DNA of 53,835 bases, filler included, from Sphacelaria rigidula (taxonomy: Eukaryota), in the NCBI GenBank assembly GCA_964200075.2. It is 4 parts of 4 records of this genome, joined end to end, with 100 filler letters (N's around TTAATTAATTAA, not from the genome) between each part and the next. Parts side by side here need not be neighbours in the genome. Positions count along the whole stretch, not along the records: positions 1 to 13,386 come from CAXNAA020002920.1; 3 more parts are not named here. The stretch is one strand, 5' to 3'. Made by a program: the position numbers and the translations under genes. Positions 1-13,486 of this stretch are shown one piece after another; the stretch's first letter is position 1; every line of letters starts with the position of its first letter. Under the pieces are notes generated by a model. It ran no database searches. It saw nothing but the letters and a program-made list of their open reading frames with translations, and was not told the DNA's origin.

Positions 1-992
1 CTTGTCGAGCACGAGGCCAGTGCTACTGGAGGAGTCCCTCGTGAACAGTCCTTTTGTCCAGATCGTCTGGTAGAGGCTATAGACCACGGCTGAATCTCTG
101 GGGGGGGTCAGCTGAAGTGCGACAGTGAAATCGAATTAAAAAAAAAAAACAGCCGGTGAAAATAAGTACATCTGGGTTATAACGAAATGAGTCAGAAGTG
201 TTGAGTAGTCTGAAGTGCGGAAAGAATCCAAAGATTCACCCCTCATCCAGTGTCCATTCACCCTTCTTCTCGGTGGCTGGCACCTTCGTAAAAATCATGG
301 CCAGATGTCCTGCACGGGTACTCCAGGGTACGGGTACCGAGGGTATCGACGGTAAAAAATACTCAACGTTTCAGAATACCCGCGGTATCGATGCCGTGAA
401 ATGCTCCCTCCCACACACTGTACCCCACCTCAAGCACCCTTGATACTATGTTGTCATCAATGTACGAACGGGCGAGTTGTTAATTTCCGTCTCTCTGCCG
501 TGCCACACATGGAACCCATCGAAGGTGCCCAGGATAGGGTACAAACTCCGGGTACTCCCATTTTCTCAGGGTACTTAGAGTAGTGACACCTACAGGAACA
601 CACGCGAAGGCAAGCAGGGTATTATATAAGGGAAGGTCGGGTGGGGTATACCCGATTTTGTGGTATTTCAAAAAGCGAAGCATCCAATCCATGTCCAGAG
701 CAGCAACCAGCCCAGTGTCGTTGTTCCCCTTTCTAAAGCCCATATAAGTCATTGTGGCTGAGTTTGGAAGGTGATGTGCAATTTCTCAATCACACAACCG
801 ATCATGTCATTTTGGTGGCAAGTTGAGATAACGGTAGACTGCAAGTCAGAGAAGGATAAAATAAAGCTGTGTCCAATTCCCCCCGCTTCGTGTGAGTTGC
901 GCATGGACATCTGTAGCGTACAACAGGTTTTCACCGGAGAACGGAGCGGGACGATCATAAACAACTAAGCCCGGGTCATTTCTCTACATATA

Positions 993-1835
993 CAGGCTGC
1001 TTCGGGGCGAATGCCCAAAATTTATTACCCACTAAATACAGAACGCAAAACTGGCCCGACAAAAAAAATCCGTATCATAGTGACTCCCACGAGCAAGCGA
1101 ACGATGCCGTGGCGCTGGTGGTGAAAATATTTATTAGCCAATGAGGGGCCTTCAATTTGTTCTGAAATTAAATTGCGAATCCCAGACACAATTTGTTTCA
1201 AATCTCATCACGAATCAAACCTTGGAAACCCTCGACAGCTGGTGATCTAACGCAAAAAACAGATTTGAAAGCGGTTCGTGCGGGATCGAGTTATACCCCA
1301 AAACGTGGTATTTCGGCGATGTGGGGTTTTGACGTCGTCGGATTTCGACTGGTAATTTCCCTCGAAGACCCAGAAGGCCTCCTGACGTTTTCCCGTATAC
1401 CTTTCCTAGAAAAGCTCTCATCACCCTCAAATTTGGCCGTTTGGTAGATATGAGTGCGAAGAATGGGAATAAGAAAATGTTGAAGAATATTTTACAGTTA
1501 TTCCGCTCTCTGCCAGCTTCAGGGGGTCCCAGCGCGAAGACCCCCCAGAAGCCGGTACACACTGCTTCAACATGACAAATTCAAATTTGAATCGTCCTGA
1601 GGTAGTCCTAGGAACGTTTGTACAAACTTTCGCCGTGTAACTCGAAAACGTTCAATCTAGAACGGTCGATTTCAGCTCAAGTGCACAAGGAAAACGTCGG
1701 TCGCATCCTCAAGTCAAGCGATTACGGGAATTCCGTGTACCCTCGAATACTCCAACGCACATACAGGGAATCCTTCACGACATTTTTCGAGTTAGACCAT
1801 GAACGTTTGCACGCGGGTGCTCTGAGATATTAAGG
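993..1835 (+). mobile_element. Non-autonomous DNA-transposon-like repeat (copy 1)
   Basis: Collinear inverted homolog at ~35200-35965 (shared GATCGAGTTATACCCCAAAACG, GCCGTGGCGCTGGTGG, CCCACGAGCAAGCGA); begins after TA. Confidence 0.7.
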
Positions 1836-2140
1836 AAGGCTGCGCCTGACGCCGCTTCCTGGGACCCCGGATATCTAGCAAAAAAAAAAAAGATCCCATC
1901 CATGCAGCCTCTTTAGATATCTCAGAGCACCCGTGTGCTAAAGTTTAGGGTCTAAGGCCGGATGTTATGGCACACAGATTTTTGGCCCACGGATTGACCC
2001 ATTAACAGGGAAAATCGGCAACACACGTCCTGGATTCCCAGCGACAAGAGGTTTTAGGCTACGTAAACGCCGCAGCTGGCGAGCAAAAACATCAAGGGTC
2101 TGGCAAATAATGCTTCTCGTGAAAATTACCCGCTTGTAGA

Positions 2141-2400
2141 GCCGGTCGCCCGGGTGGCTCAGTTGATGACCTCTGAACCTTCTGACGGTTGGGTCGTGGG
2201 TTCGAATCTCGGTGCAGTCACACGATCTGTGAATTTTTCTCACACCGTGCTCCAACAGTGGAGAGCGACAATGCCGTGGGTACAAAAAAATCAACTTCAC
2301 GGTCGACGAGGGGAAGGGACCGCTGAACCCTCTTCGCGACAAAAAAAGAGACAGACACCGCAGAAGGAGGGTGGAGTACCAAATCAAGATAAGAAATGAA
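2141..2400 (+). mobile_element. tRNA-derived SINE-like repeat
   Basis: A-box GGTGGCTCAGTTG and B-box GGTTCGAATC, no closed acceptor stem; a second copy of the head lies at ~49341-49422 (minus). Confidence 0.7.
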
Positions 2401-2593
2401 AAAAAAACTCCACTGTTGGCCTTCCTCCTGTGACCCCGGCTGATGCGCCTTCATAAACCGAAAGGTGCAACCTGGCGTCTAGAATATATGTGATGACAAC
2501 ACACATGGTGCAGACCATCTTTCATAGCAACCAATCTCGATTTGTACAAATATCAGGATTTCAGCCTGTCTACAGGTGCATTTCGAATAATAC

Positions 2594-2810
2594 CAACCCT
2601 AAACCTAACCCTTACCCCAACCCCAACGAAGACATACCAAGCCCCTCGGGCAAGCGGTGTGCAACGTATTTCTTAGGCGAAGTGTGCGATGCTAGACCTC
2701 AAATCGGCGCACCAGGCGCCGATATAGACAAAAACGAGTTCTGCGCACGCTAGGAGCACAGCCCCCTTCAAAGATCCGGACTTCGGTATCTACACTAGAA
2801 TCCAATACTG
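2594..2810 (+). repeat. Dispersed repeat with an (AACCCT)-like head
   Basis: Similar to 8875-9090 (+) and 9720-9870 (-), sharing GTTCT(G/A)CGCACGC(T)AGGAGCAC; related heads near 4528, 9378 and 37462. Confidence 0.7.
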
Positions 2811-5800
2811 CACTTGTCCACAAGCCGTAAATTTCCGAGACCTATCTTGAACTACCAAGTAGTAAAGTCTATTGCCCCAGGGACCCCGACACCATGGAAC
2901 AAGAGGATCTCCTCGAAAATGAGGTTCACCTCCAAATCAGTGCTTTCCCTGACCCAAAGTCATATCGAATGACGTTCATATGGGTGACCTCATGCCCCCC
3001 CCCGACCTCTCTGAAACCATTTTTCGGAGTTTCCCGCCTTCCGTTCCCCCGACGGGTATGTTCAAATGCACCGTTCTCGAGCTACAAAATGTCCCTTTTT
3101 TTTGTTTACCCCGAAATCGAGGCAAAACTGTGCTTTCACAAGTACCTTTACGGAAGACGGAAACTCCCAAAAATAGCTTCAGGGGGGTCGGGGGTCGGGG
3201 GCATGGGGTCTTCCATATGAAAGCACTGTTTTTTTGGAGTCGAGCCTTGTTTTAATGCTCAACCTCATTTTCGAGGCGTCTCTATCAAATAGCGCAAAAT
3301 GTGGGTGGGGACTTAATTCACCCGTGGTCAACTTTCTTTTTCTTCTCTCTTTCGAGCAACCGGACCTCGGACAAGACAATAGATTGAGGAATTCAAATTA
3401 GCAATGATCCGTCTCAGAGCTTAGTTCACCACTTGGGAGGGTAAGATATTTCTCGACCTGCCCTTGCACTCTTTTCAGTACCATCATGAAAAAAAAAGAA
3501 TACACGGGCCAACAACGCTTGCGGGACAACTCACCTTCTTTTGTGCCTCCTTGTCGTCCGCAGACATCACACTCCCGCAGATGCCCATTTTGCACCGATC
3601 CCGCTCGGGTTCGCTCCAACTCGCCGCTCAGACCCGCTTGTGTTCGGTACGTACAATATACTCCGTGATAATAGCCGTGCACTCACAGACACCACCGCAA
3701 GCGGGGGCCTTTGTCAACGCAAACGACCGAAACGTCCTTGGAACGGACGCGTTTCTTGCCTTTCTCTCCCCCCAATCGCTCCGTGTATCTAATCCTCTCT
3801 TCTCCTCTTTTCCAGGCCGATGCTACCGGCTCGAAATTTCCCTACGGTCCGACACTAATCACGGTAGTGCCGTCAATTCGGATTTAACAAAACGAAGTTT
3901 ACGGGGAAGACATGGCGGGGATACAAACGCACGAGGTCGCCAGGGTAGTAGCAGAGATTGTGGGTGTATGCGATCACTGCAGAGGTGAATACATAGGTTT
4001 CGAGAGGATCGAACTATGGACTAATACCGAGATAGCCCCCCCACAAAAAGTGCATCCGAGACCGTCCGACGAACCGGCTACGATCCAATTGTTGGACTCG
4101 TTTGCAGCAATTTCGCCCTCATGAGAGGCGTGTAGCAGTCCGAAATCAGCTATAACAACCAAATGAGTCGCGTCGTGCAGCACGAAACCAAATCTAACGG
4201 CATTTATAACCATCGCCTTCTTGCACTTTTTCGGCCGGTTCGGGGGGGGGGGGGGTTATCTCGGCAGCAGTCTATGGGATAGTTGTTTCATTCATATTTG
4301 AATTGCTGCATGCTCAAATGTCTTCACACTTCATGTTTGTCCTCAAATTCTGGGCAACTTTCTCATGAAAACAATAACAAAAAAAACGATCCGCCTGATG
4401 AAACGGAACGTAGACTTATGTGTAGCCGAAAAAAAAGGAGAATATACGCACACGCAAGTAAACGCAAATTTTAGACTTGCAACCGTATTCCGATAGATTG
4501 GTCCAACGCACCACTCCTGGAAATCTTAACCCCAACCCCAACCCCAGCCCTGATGCTAATTGTTTAGAGACAGCCACAGCGCAGTGCGATTTTCGGCATG
4601 GTGCCGCGGGTTGCCACCGCGGTAAGACCGCACTATTCTGGGACCCCGCAATACGCTTGAATCACGAAGTCATGCATTTACGTTATACCAGTGTAGTGGA
4701 TCGGACTCGTGACGAGTGATTTTGACCGTACTGTGATGGGACCGGCAGTGTACCAAACGACCGTTTTGCTAGCTCCCCGCAAGACTTTCCCTCCATTTCT
4801 TTCGCGCGAGGCAGCATCTTGGCCCACCCGGCTCCGACAGAAATCCACCCTATTCGATCGTACGCAATCCATTTGCGCTCCACGCTGACATACACCCCAG
4901 TCACGAACTCAGACTCAACGAGCAGGGCAGGGCAACTCGTCATGCCCCTGCACATAGTCAGGATGCTTACCTCTCGGTCCGCCAGCTCCGAACGTGAAGC
5001 AATGTGACCGCAGCTGAGAAAAAGCTGCGCTGGAGAGGGAACCGCGATCAGCGAATAATATCGCACGGTTGAGTGAAAACGAAGCGCAACTTTGGCGTTG
5101 AACGGTGCTTCCCAGGAACACACCTGCGGGTGGAGTAGTGATGGTATACACGGTAGGTACGCTGTACTGCGTAAGTTCAACGCAATCATTTTTTTTTTTC
5201 ACGTCCCACTCTACGATGTCGTTCTGTCCGATTTTTTCTGCTCCGTCTTTTCCTTCAGCGAGTGTTTCAGCTCTGTTTTTTCTTAGGTACGTCCATTATG
5301 CGACCACAGCAGGATCCCTGGGGGGTCAGTTAAAGTGCGACAATCAATGAATCAAACAGGGGGGCGTACTCATTTGTTGCTTGCCTTAGTCATTTGACCA
5401 TTGACCACGCATCCCTTTCGAGACGGAGCAGAATGAATCAAACAGGGGGGGGCATAACGGGAAATCGCTGCACTACCGCCCCCCAGGCCGCAAAAAACTC
5501 ATTTTCGGCTTGAAGGAGGGGGCGAGGGGGGAAACAGGAAGAGAAAATCGCTGAATGATGGCGATAGTAGTTTCCGCACTGCACCGCACGTGTATTAATC
5601 TCACGTTGATTGCATTTGATTACTTGGAGTTAGATTAGGCGGTGGTGCAGCCATTTCCCGAAATGGGGCCCCTCGAATCAGATCGCGTTTCGGGCGCCAT
5701 GGTGAAAAATGACCATGCCACAGTAGTGCAAAACAACCATCAGGTTTGAACAATTATTGCTGTTGGATCCATACCCGTCACCAATTTGTGCGCTGTTGTC

Positions 5801-7547
5801 TAGAGAACGAGAAGTCCGCGATCTTCAGGGACGGAAGTAAAGGGGCGGGTGTACAGCTTTTGTGTCATAAATCTGGGCGGATGTGTACTCCATTTATTCC
5901 GCTCACTCCGTCGCGATTGGCTTTTCGAGGGAGAGTACCAAGACGTTACACTACATCAGGCCACGTTGTAAGAATGTGGTTCCAGGTTCGTGCCCAGCAC
6001 CTACAGTCACCTGAGGTCCAACACTAACCTTGGCCCACAACTCAAACTCAACCGTCAACCTTGCATCCTGCACCATGCAAGCTGGGAGCGTTCACATATA
6101 GGCTATATATATACGTTGATAAGATGTACAGCTGCGCTGAAACGTATGTTGGGTAGGATATATGAATCTAGGCTAGATGCGTTACGCTGGTGCAAGTTAT
6201 CAAATGTACGAATCGTTCACAGGCATCAATATTATTATATCTTCTCCTCATTTCCGCCCGGTTAGCCTTATCTCTCGAACCCGTGGTTACAGAGTGCAAG
6301 GAGCATACCATCTATACCCATGAATGAAAAAGTCAGCAGAGGAAGGCGGGAAAAATGTCCGTGGCTAAACTTGTCTGTTTTCTTTTCAGGAAATATTTTA
6401 CTCCCGTGTTCATCCGTTTTTTGTCCAAATTGTCGCCTGCGGCATCTGGTCCAGGAGGCTTTGACGTTTCCAACTAAGCCACCGGGGCGACCGGTCTTGC
6501 ACCGTTTTTCTTACAGTATACAAATATGTGTCACCAGTGCCGTTAGACAGGGGGTGGGGGGAGGGAGCTGGTGGGGGTCGATCGGCAATTATATTCCGAA
6601 ATGAGGCCTGGCGCCGAGGGGGCTTGATACAAGACCCGCTTACCTCAGCTTGAGCGAGTGATTTTCTCGCCTGACGCGTTTTACGGGTGCAGGGAGAATT
6701 ACACTTCAGAGCGGTCCTCTGAAGTGCGTGGTCCTACTACAGTGCGATCAAATTAGCCTGACACAACTCCGATCCGCGATATACTCGTACCAAGATATTG
6801 CACTTCAACAGTACAGCGCGGGATCCCAGCATAGCGCCGTCATGCCGGGTCGACAGCCCCCCGCACTTAGCTGGGACTCTCACTGTACGGTATCAGAGTC
6901 AATGTGCTTTCACAGGCCTTGCATTGTGCAACGAACTTATGGGGTAAAGCCCTGTCGACTTTTTTCCCCTCTGTTTTGCTTTGTTTTGGGGTGGAGGGGA
7001 CATTAGCTGCGCCGTTAGCCGGCCACGCGACGAGTAGTGAGAGGACAGAATGCAACATCATGTTTCTGTACTACCGTACTCGGCGTTGGTTGTGCTGACC
7101 CCGATTGAAAGTGTGATCCAAGCGGCTACAGTCGGCGTGGTCATGCGGCACTGGCCGGACTCCCGCTAACGACGGGTGAGGGCCCATTCTAAATCGGTAC
7201 CATTTTCACTTGAAAAACGACCGAAAATGACGCCGATTCACAAAAAGGACGGACTATCGCTCGCAATCCGAACGGTTACTTCGATCCCCGGTGGGCGGGG
7301 GTTCGATCCCAAAAGGGTTGAACAACGGATACAAAAAACGTTGATGACAGGAGTAAAATACGTCGGTTTATACTTCTTCGTGTGGGTCCCACTTATGCGA
7401 ACCCAACATGCCCTATGGTCCACTCCAGAACCAGACCCACGCGTCCTGCCCATAGAAAACTTCTGGCCACGAGGAAGGATCCTTGGGGGTCGGCTACACC
7501 GCTCCCGGAGACTTGTCGAACTGTCTGTGCACTTAGCCCTTGGACGA

Positions 7548-7789
7548 CGAGAGTAGGTCATCTGTTGAATCGGCATCAACTTCACTTGAGAAAGGTATGC
7601 ATGGTCCAGATGGACTATTACTACCCTCGCGGTCTAGGGGTTAGGGAGCCACGAAGCTATCTGTACGCGCCAACCTCAAACCCAACGCACACAACGCCAT
7701 TAACCCTAGACCGCGAGGGTAGTCCTTCTCAATAATGTACTATTTTTTCAAGTGAAATTGATGCCGATTCAACAAATAACCTACTCTCG
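7548..7789. mobile_element. MITE with ~40-bp TIRs and an inner inverted repeat
   Basis: CGAGAGTAGGTCATCTGTTGAATCGGCATCAACTTCACTTGA and TCAAGTGAAATTGATGCCGATTCAACAAATAACCTACTCTCG; inner CTACCCTCGCGGTCTAGGG inverted; partial copy at 10870-10965. Confidence 0.85.
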
Positions 7790-8363
7790 CTATCTAGGGG
7801 TTGAGCTCACATTCTGTGAGCTTGACTGGCTTGTGATCTTTTGTCCAAGACACGGTACGTGCCTGGACTACTCGTCTCCCGTCTCCCACTGTACTGTCCA
7901 ACCCACTTCTGAGGCCTTCACTGTCAGTTCTCCCGAGCATTATCCTGTCCTCAACGCGCCGTCATAGCTTAATCGACAGAGCACTCTGTTGTATCAGAGA
8001 GGCGAAGGCTCATAACCCTCTGGCGATACTCTACTGTTGTTTACTAAACCATATTCGCTGGAAAAAAAAAAAAGTTCCATGTTGAATCGGCCTCGTGCGC
8101 TTGAGGAACGAAATCAAGTCTAACCACCCTGACTGGGCTACACTAGCTCAGACTAGCTACCCTGGTTGGTGAAGGTCCGTTTCAAGGTTATCTTTTTTAG
8201 GGTATACCCGGTGGCGGAGGATTTTTGGTTGGCATACTAATGGATACCGAAATGTGTGTCGAACATTCCAGTATGGCTAGACAGGGTATCGAGCTCTTTT
8301 CCGAACAATCTGGTACGGTTTGGAAGGGCATCCAGCGTTAAAGTTCCTCTAAATAAAAAGAGG

Positions 8364-8578
8364 TTCAAGGGCAGGTGGAGTAGAGTATACTCAATTGCGG
8401 GATACTTCGAAAGTCGCACCCAGAGTACACAAACTGGGAGTAGGGTTTCAGAGATCGCTCTCCGGTTATTTTTAGGGGTACGACTCCTGACACTCTACCC
8501 TAATTTGAGCACATTTATAATAGTCCTTCTTTCAAAATACCCCGCAATAGAGTATACTCTACTCCATCTGCCCTTGAA
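8364..8578. mobile_element. MITE with ~45-bp TIRs
   Basis: TTCAAGGGCAGGTGGAGTAGAGTATACTCAATTGCGG and CCGCAATAGAGTATACTCTACTCCATCTGCCCTTGAA. Confidence 0.85.
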
Positions 8579-9927
8579 AGATGCCGAACCCATCTGCCCC
8601 ACCGTCTTAACCCGTTGCCCCAAGCTTAAATTCTCAGACCTCCGTGACGGACCTCTTTGCGTGATCCAACCGGTCTACACTCGCTGTGACACAAGCCTAG
8701 GTGATCCTCATTCGCACCCGTTCCACAAACCGCAGATCCCGCTACACTCCGATTTTTCACTTATGTAAACGCCTTAATTTCAGCCCCGTATATCCTTCAC
8801 AGCACATCCTCGGTCAGTTCACCACTTGGTCAGACAAGAAGTTTCTCGGAAATATGTTATCTCGAACTAGCGATAAACCTGGCGCCAATCCCAACCCCAG
8901 GAATACATACCGAGAACTCTCAGGCGACGGGGGTGCAAAGCGTTCCCCAGACAAAGTATAGCGTTGGTAGATCTCAAATCGGACGCCTGCGGCGCTCATG
9001 TACGCGAAACGCGTTCTACGCACGCTAGGAGCACTTGGGACGGACGCCCCACGAAGGATCTGAACATCGGTGTTCGCGCTCAGATCCAGTGACAAATTTC
9101 CGGGAAAATTCCATGCGACCGAGTGGAAAACTCTACCGGGTTGGTAGTTCAAGGGCGGAAAAGGGCTGACCCGTTCATTACGGAAGAGATTGGGATCTTT
9201 CCTGCGAAGGTAACAGTCACATTAAAAAAGATACAACAACAAACAAGTCGTCTTGGAAGCGCTTGGTCGGACCGCTTCGTGTGAACCGTTGAACTCTACG
9301 ACCGTTGGAGGACGAGGCGAGCTAGAGTTTTGTTCGAACATCTATGGTTGTTTTTTTCGAACAGACCAACAACAACGCTAACCCTAACCCTCACCAGGCG
9401 CCGATTTCGACAAGAACGCGTTTTGGACGAGCTGGGTCCACTGCTCACCTGTCCCAAACAGTGACTACCTTCTCGGTCAAACGGTTAACGCACGCGTTCA
9501 ACACTCCGGACCCCTACTAGCTGGACGCTAAAAAAAAGCTTTGGGGCCGTGGCGTAGGGGTAGGGGTGGAGGGAAAGGTTGGAAACACTCGTTGCAAGGA
9601 CCGAACGAATAATCATTCGTCTCAAAATTAGTTGCTCTTGATGTACTTGATTCCGTAAAGTATACCGGCGGTGGGCTACAAATTACCACGGTTGATATTA
9701 CTCGATTTTAGTATCGCTAACAGCCCCATGTGCTCCTCGCGTGCGCAGAACGCGTTTTCATTGAAATCGGCGCAACAGGCGCACATTTGGGGTTTACCAA
9801 GGCCGCACTTTGCCTAGGGAATGTATCTACCGCCCTGGCCCGAGGGTTCTCGGTACGTGTTGGGTTAGCGATACTTGTAAAATTGTGTCAACCATAAACA
9901 TTGGTAGCGATACAAGTATCGCTACCC

Positions 9928-10459
9928 GTGAAAAAAATTCACGTTACGTTAACGTTATATTCGAAAATTTAACGTGAAGTCTGCGTTACGTTCATCACGT
10001 GAAAAAAAATTAACGACGTTCACGTTACGTTTTGGCCAAAACGTAACGTGAACGTAACGTGTAACGCTATGTCACGTGTAACGTGTATAGCCCTGGCTAT
10101 ACATGTAGACCTTCACGTTCACGTTACGTTCATCACGTGAAAACAATTTAACGTCCACGTTACGTGACGTGTCACGTAAAAAAAAATTACGTTAACGCTA
10201 CATTTGAAAATTTAACGTTACGTCTGCGTTACGTTCATCACGTTAAAAAAATTAACGTGAACGTTACGTTCTGCCCGAAACGTAACGTGAACGTTAATTT
10301 TTTCACGTGATGAACGTAACGCAGACGTAACGTTGAGTTTTCAAATGTAACGTTAACGTAATTTTTTTTTTACGTGATACACGTCACGTAACGTGGATGT
10401 TAAATTGTTTTCACGTGATGAACGTAACGTGAACGTAAACGTCTACATGTATAGCCCTG
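9928..10459. mobile_element. ACGT-rich foldback element (10095-10459) plus an adjacent partial copy (9928-10095)
   Basis: GGCTATACATGTAGAC...GTCTACATGTATAGCC with ~175-bp arms around ~10271-10278; both copies end GTATAGCCCTG. Confidence 0.88.
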
Positions 10460-13386
10460 AAAAATTCCGATCTGATAGGTCGTTCTGTCTAACGAGTGAA
10501 GTCGACGTGAAACGCCCTTGCTACCGATAAACAACGCTCACCCATAATGTTGCTTGGCACCATTTTCACCAGAATACAAGCGCACTGCGAGTGTGTCACA
10601 TCGTCTCACACACATATGAGTCCTTTTTTTCGTGGAATCGAACACCCACTACCCCATCGTACCATGGCACCAGATTGAGTTATATCCAGTTCCATTTGAT
10701 GTTTGCTGACAACCGTCAGAATCGCTGTAAAACGATGAGTTGCTGCCAGGTGCCCCTCCAGAGCTAGGGGCTGTGGTTTGTGCGTTTGGTCCCCCGCTTG
10801 CGGTACGCTGCTTCTGCTTCTGTGCGCGGTAGCCCATGCACAAGTCACCACACCTTGACCGTTTCACCGCGAGCGTAGGTCATGTGTTGAATCAGCGTCA
10901 ATTTCACTTGAAAAACGACTGCATGACCTTATATGTATGACCTACCCTCGCGGTCAAAGGGTTGAGAAACGACAAAAAAAAAAGTGTGTATTCAGCGAAT
11001 AGTGACTGTGGCATGCGTAGCAATATTTTCGTAAACTGGTGTTGCTTCTGATCGACGTCCATATGTGACAATACAGTGATATTGATCAATAGGTATCGGT
11101 TTCATTGCACGACCCCGCCGAAGACCCGAAAGGTACGTGATGGTCCGCAACATGTTTCCTACACTGGGAAAAGGCTGCACACCCACCGACCAACCAGGCG
11201 CATCACAGAAATGATTTTTCGCGGTTGGCATGATCACGAGGGAAAAGCACGGAAATATCCGAGTAAGTTTTTCGTACCCACGCGCCAATACCACGCGTTC
11301 GTCAGGATTATTGTAGCTTGTTAGCTACCATCGATCGCGTCAGCCCTGTCATTCGTCAAGACCCGCGATCAAAATGTGGAACATTCTCGGGCAGCCAAAT
11401 TACAATAAAAACAACCAGCACAGTGCATTACTCATTTCCGCTATTGCTGCACTGTCGTACATTTCTTTGACAAACAAGTTCTTTGCTTTACCTCTGCTTC
11501 AGCAGGCACGTCCTGTAGCAAGACAAAGCTGACAGCCATTATTCACCTCCTGGCGGAATGGCCGCCACTTTTTCGTGGGTCGTATAAGAAACATAAAAAT
11601 CCCTGGCCTGGTATGTATGTACAAATTCGGGCGGGGGGGGGGGGGTTATTAAGGGAAAAAAATATCACGGGAAGAACGTGTGAACGGGACGAATTTTGCC
11701 GTGCCGCCCCATCCCGACCCATCGGCCTTACCGTTGAAAACGGGAAATTTTATTCTTCATCCCGTGGTTTTTTCGGGTGAGAACGGAACAACTTGATGTT
11801 CCGTCCCAACCCCGTCATGGAGTTTGTACGTTTCCGTACCATCCTCACGGGACATTCGCGGCTGTTCCTCGCCATTTTTCACGAGGTATCCCGTTCCATC
11901 CCTACGCGACACATCCCGTGAGTGGAGTTGAAAATACTGTCCAACATTGAGGGTTATCTTCGCGTGTTTGCCAAATGTGAGACATGCATCTCGCGAAAAA
12001 AAACGAGAAATCTTCAATTTTCTTTGTCTGCTCATGCGTGCACGCATTGCTCGCACAAAATTCCAAACTTCTCCGTGCACATACTTCGGGGGTCAGGTCA
12101 CACCTCGACGGCGGAATGAGGCAGGGCGGAAATCTTACAACCCATAGGAACCATCGACATCAAACCACGCTTCGCCCGAAAAACTCCCGCGAGTCGGGGG
12201 CTACGCAGACGACTGTGTTATCTTTCGCCATATACTGCACAAGGTCATCATCCAAGGGAAGGAAGAAAAACGGCCCGAACACCACTCGGGCTGTACAGCA
12301 ACGCATGAGCTTCCATGGCAACCGCTTTTGATGCACGGTTTCGCCAATACGCCCTTCTTTAACGTGTGGAACGGCAAAAACACACAGGGACCTTGCCTTA
12401 ACCGCCTGTTTGTTCCTCTCCTTGTAAAGGTTCGAACAAGTGTTCGGTCGCTAGGACAGGGCCATGAGCGCGCGTTAAATAACCTCCTCGATCTCCTTTT
12501 GTTCCCTCATCCCGGGCGAGACCGCAGACTTAGCGTATCACCACATCACGGACCTCCACCACAGGGGGTACTTCTTCGACATACATAGCTCAATAGAGTA
12601 CATGACATAGCCGCAGACAAGTACAGTAGCCATAACATAAACAATCTAATTTCAAGTATCATTGCCGTATGCTCAGGTATCAAACAATTTCAGACCTCTG
12701 GATGATGACTGGCCGACAACACAACACATCTACACACCAATAAAGGGGGCAGCATCGATTCCCGCGACAAACGTTGCGTTGCGAGCTCCGTTGGAGACAA
12801 TCTTCATCATCTCGTGATGGGGACAAACCTGAATTTGTACAAAGAAAAACTGGAGAATTCTACCTCTCTCAAGGAGATCTCATCACACGGATTGCATTTT
12901 CCGGATGGACGCCAGCCCCTTTGGCAGTGTTTTTGACCAGCTTTGGGGAACAGCATGAATCATGCGATCCTCCGAACGTTGACTTTTGGTACGTTACATT
13001 TTTGCTGAAATTGAGAAAAGCCCGAATATTTGCGAAGTGTGGATATATTTTGGCCGTACATAGGTTTCTCCTACAGACTCTTTCTGGGTTGTCACAATAT
13101 GAGCAGAAAGGTGGAACATCAAAAGTTAACGTCCAGAGAACCGGAGAAATGGTCGAGATTCTTCACGGCCGGTCGAGAAACATTGTTCCAGGGACTGGTG
13201 TCCGAAACCGCGATTCACGGCATAAATACGTGCCTCCAGGGAAGCTGAAAATCACGTGAAAAACACGCTAGACGTGCCCTATTTTCAACCGCATTCGTGC
13301 CCGATTGCCCCTCCTCCACACCCCACCACCCCCCCCCCCCCCCCCCCCCACCCAACCCCCCACACACACCACAACACACCAAAACA

Positions 13387-13486
13387 NNNNNNNNNNNNNN
13401 NNNNNNNNNNNNNNNNNNNNNNNNNNNNNNTTAATTAATTAANNNNNNNNNNNNNNNNNNNNNNNNNNNNNNNNNNNNNNNNNNNN
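13387..13486. other. Assembly gap with an artificial TTAATTAATTAA spacer (also 26871-26970 and 40354-40453)
   Basis: The same N-run/TTAATTAATTAA/N-run structure occurs three times. Confidence 0.97.

Noticed and set aside
2144-2220. Functional tRNA gene
   Set aside because: A and B boxes are present, but the acceptor stem does not close and a diverged copy occurs as an insertion; it is a tRNA-derived repeat.
2436-2478. Hammerhead ribozyme (CTGATGCG...CCGAAAG)
   Set aside because: The core has a substitution, and stems I and II and the cleavage triplet do not form; at best a dead relic.
13387-13486. TTAATTAATTAA palindrome repeated three times in the window
   Set aside because: Always centred in identical N-runs; an artificial all-frame-stop scaffold spacer.
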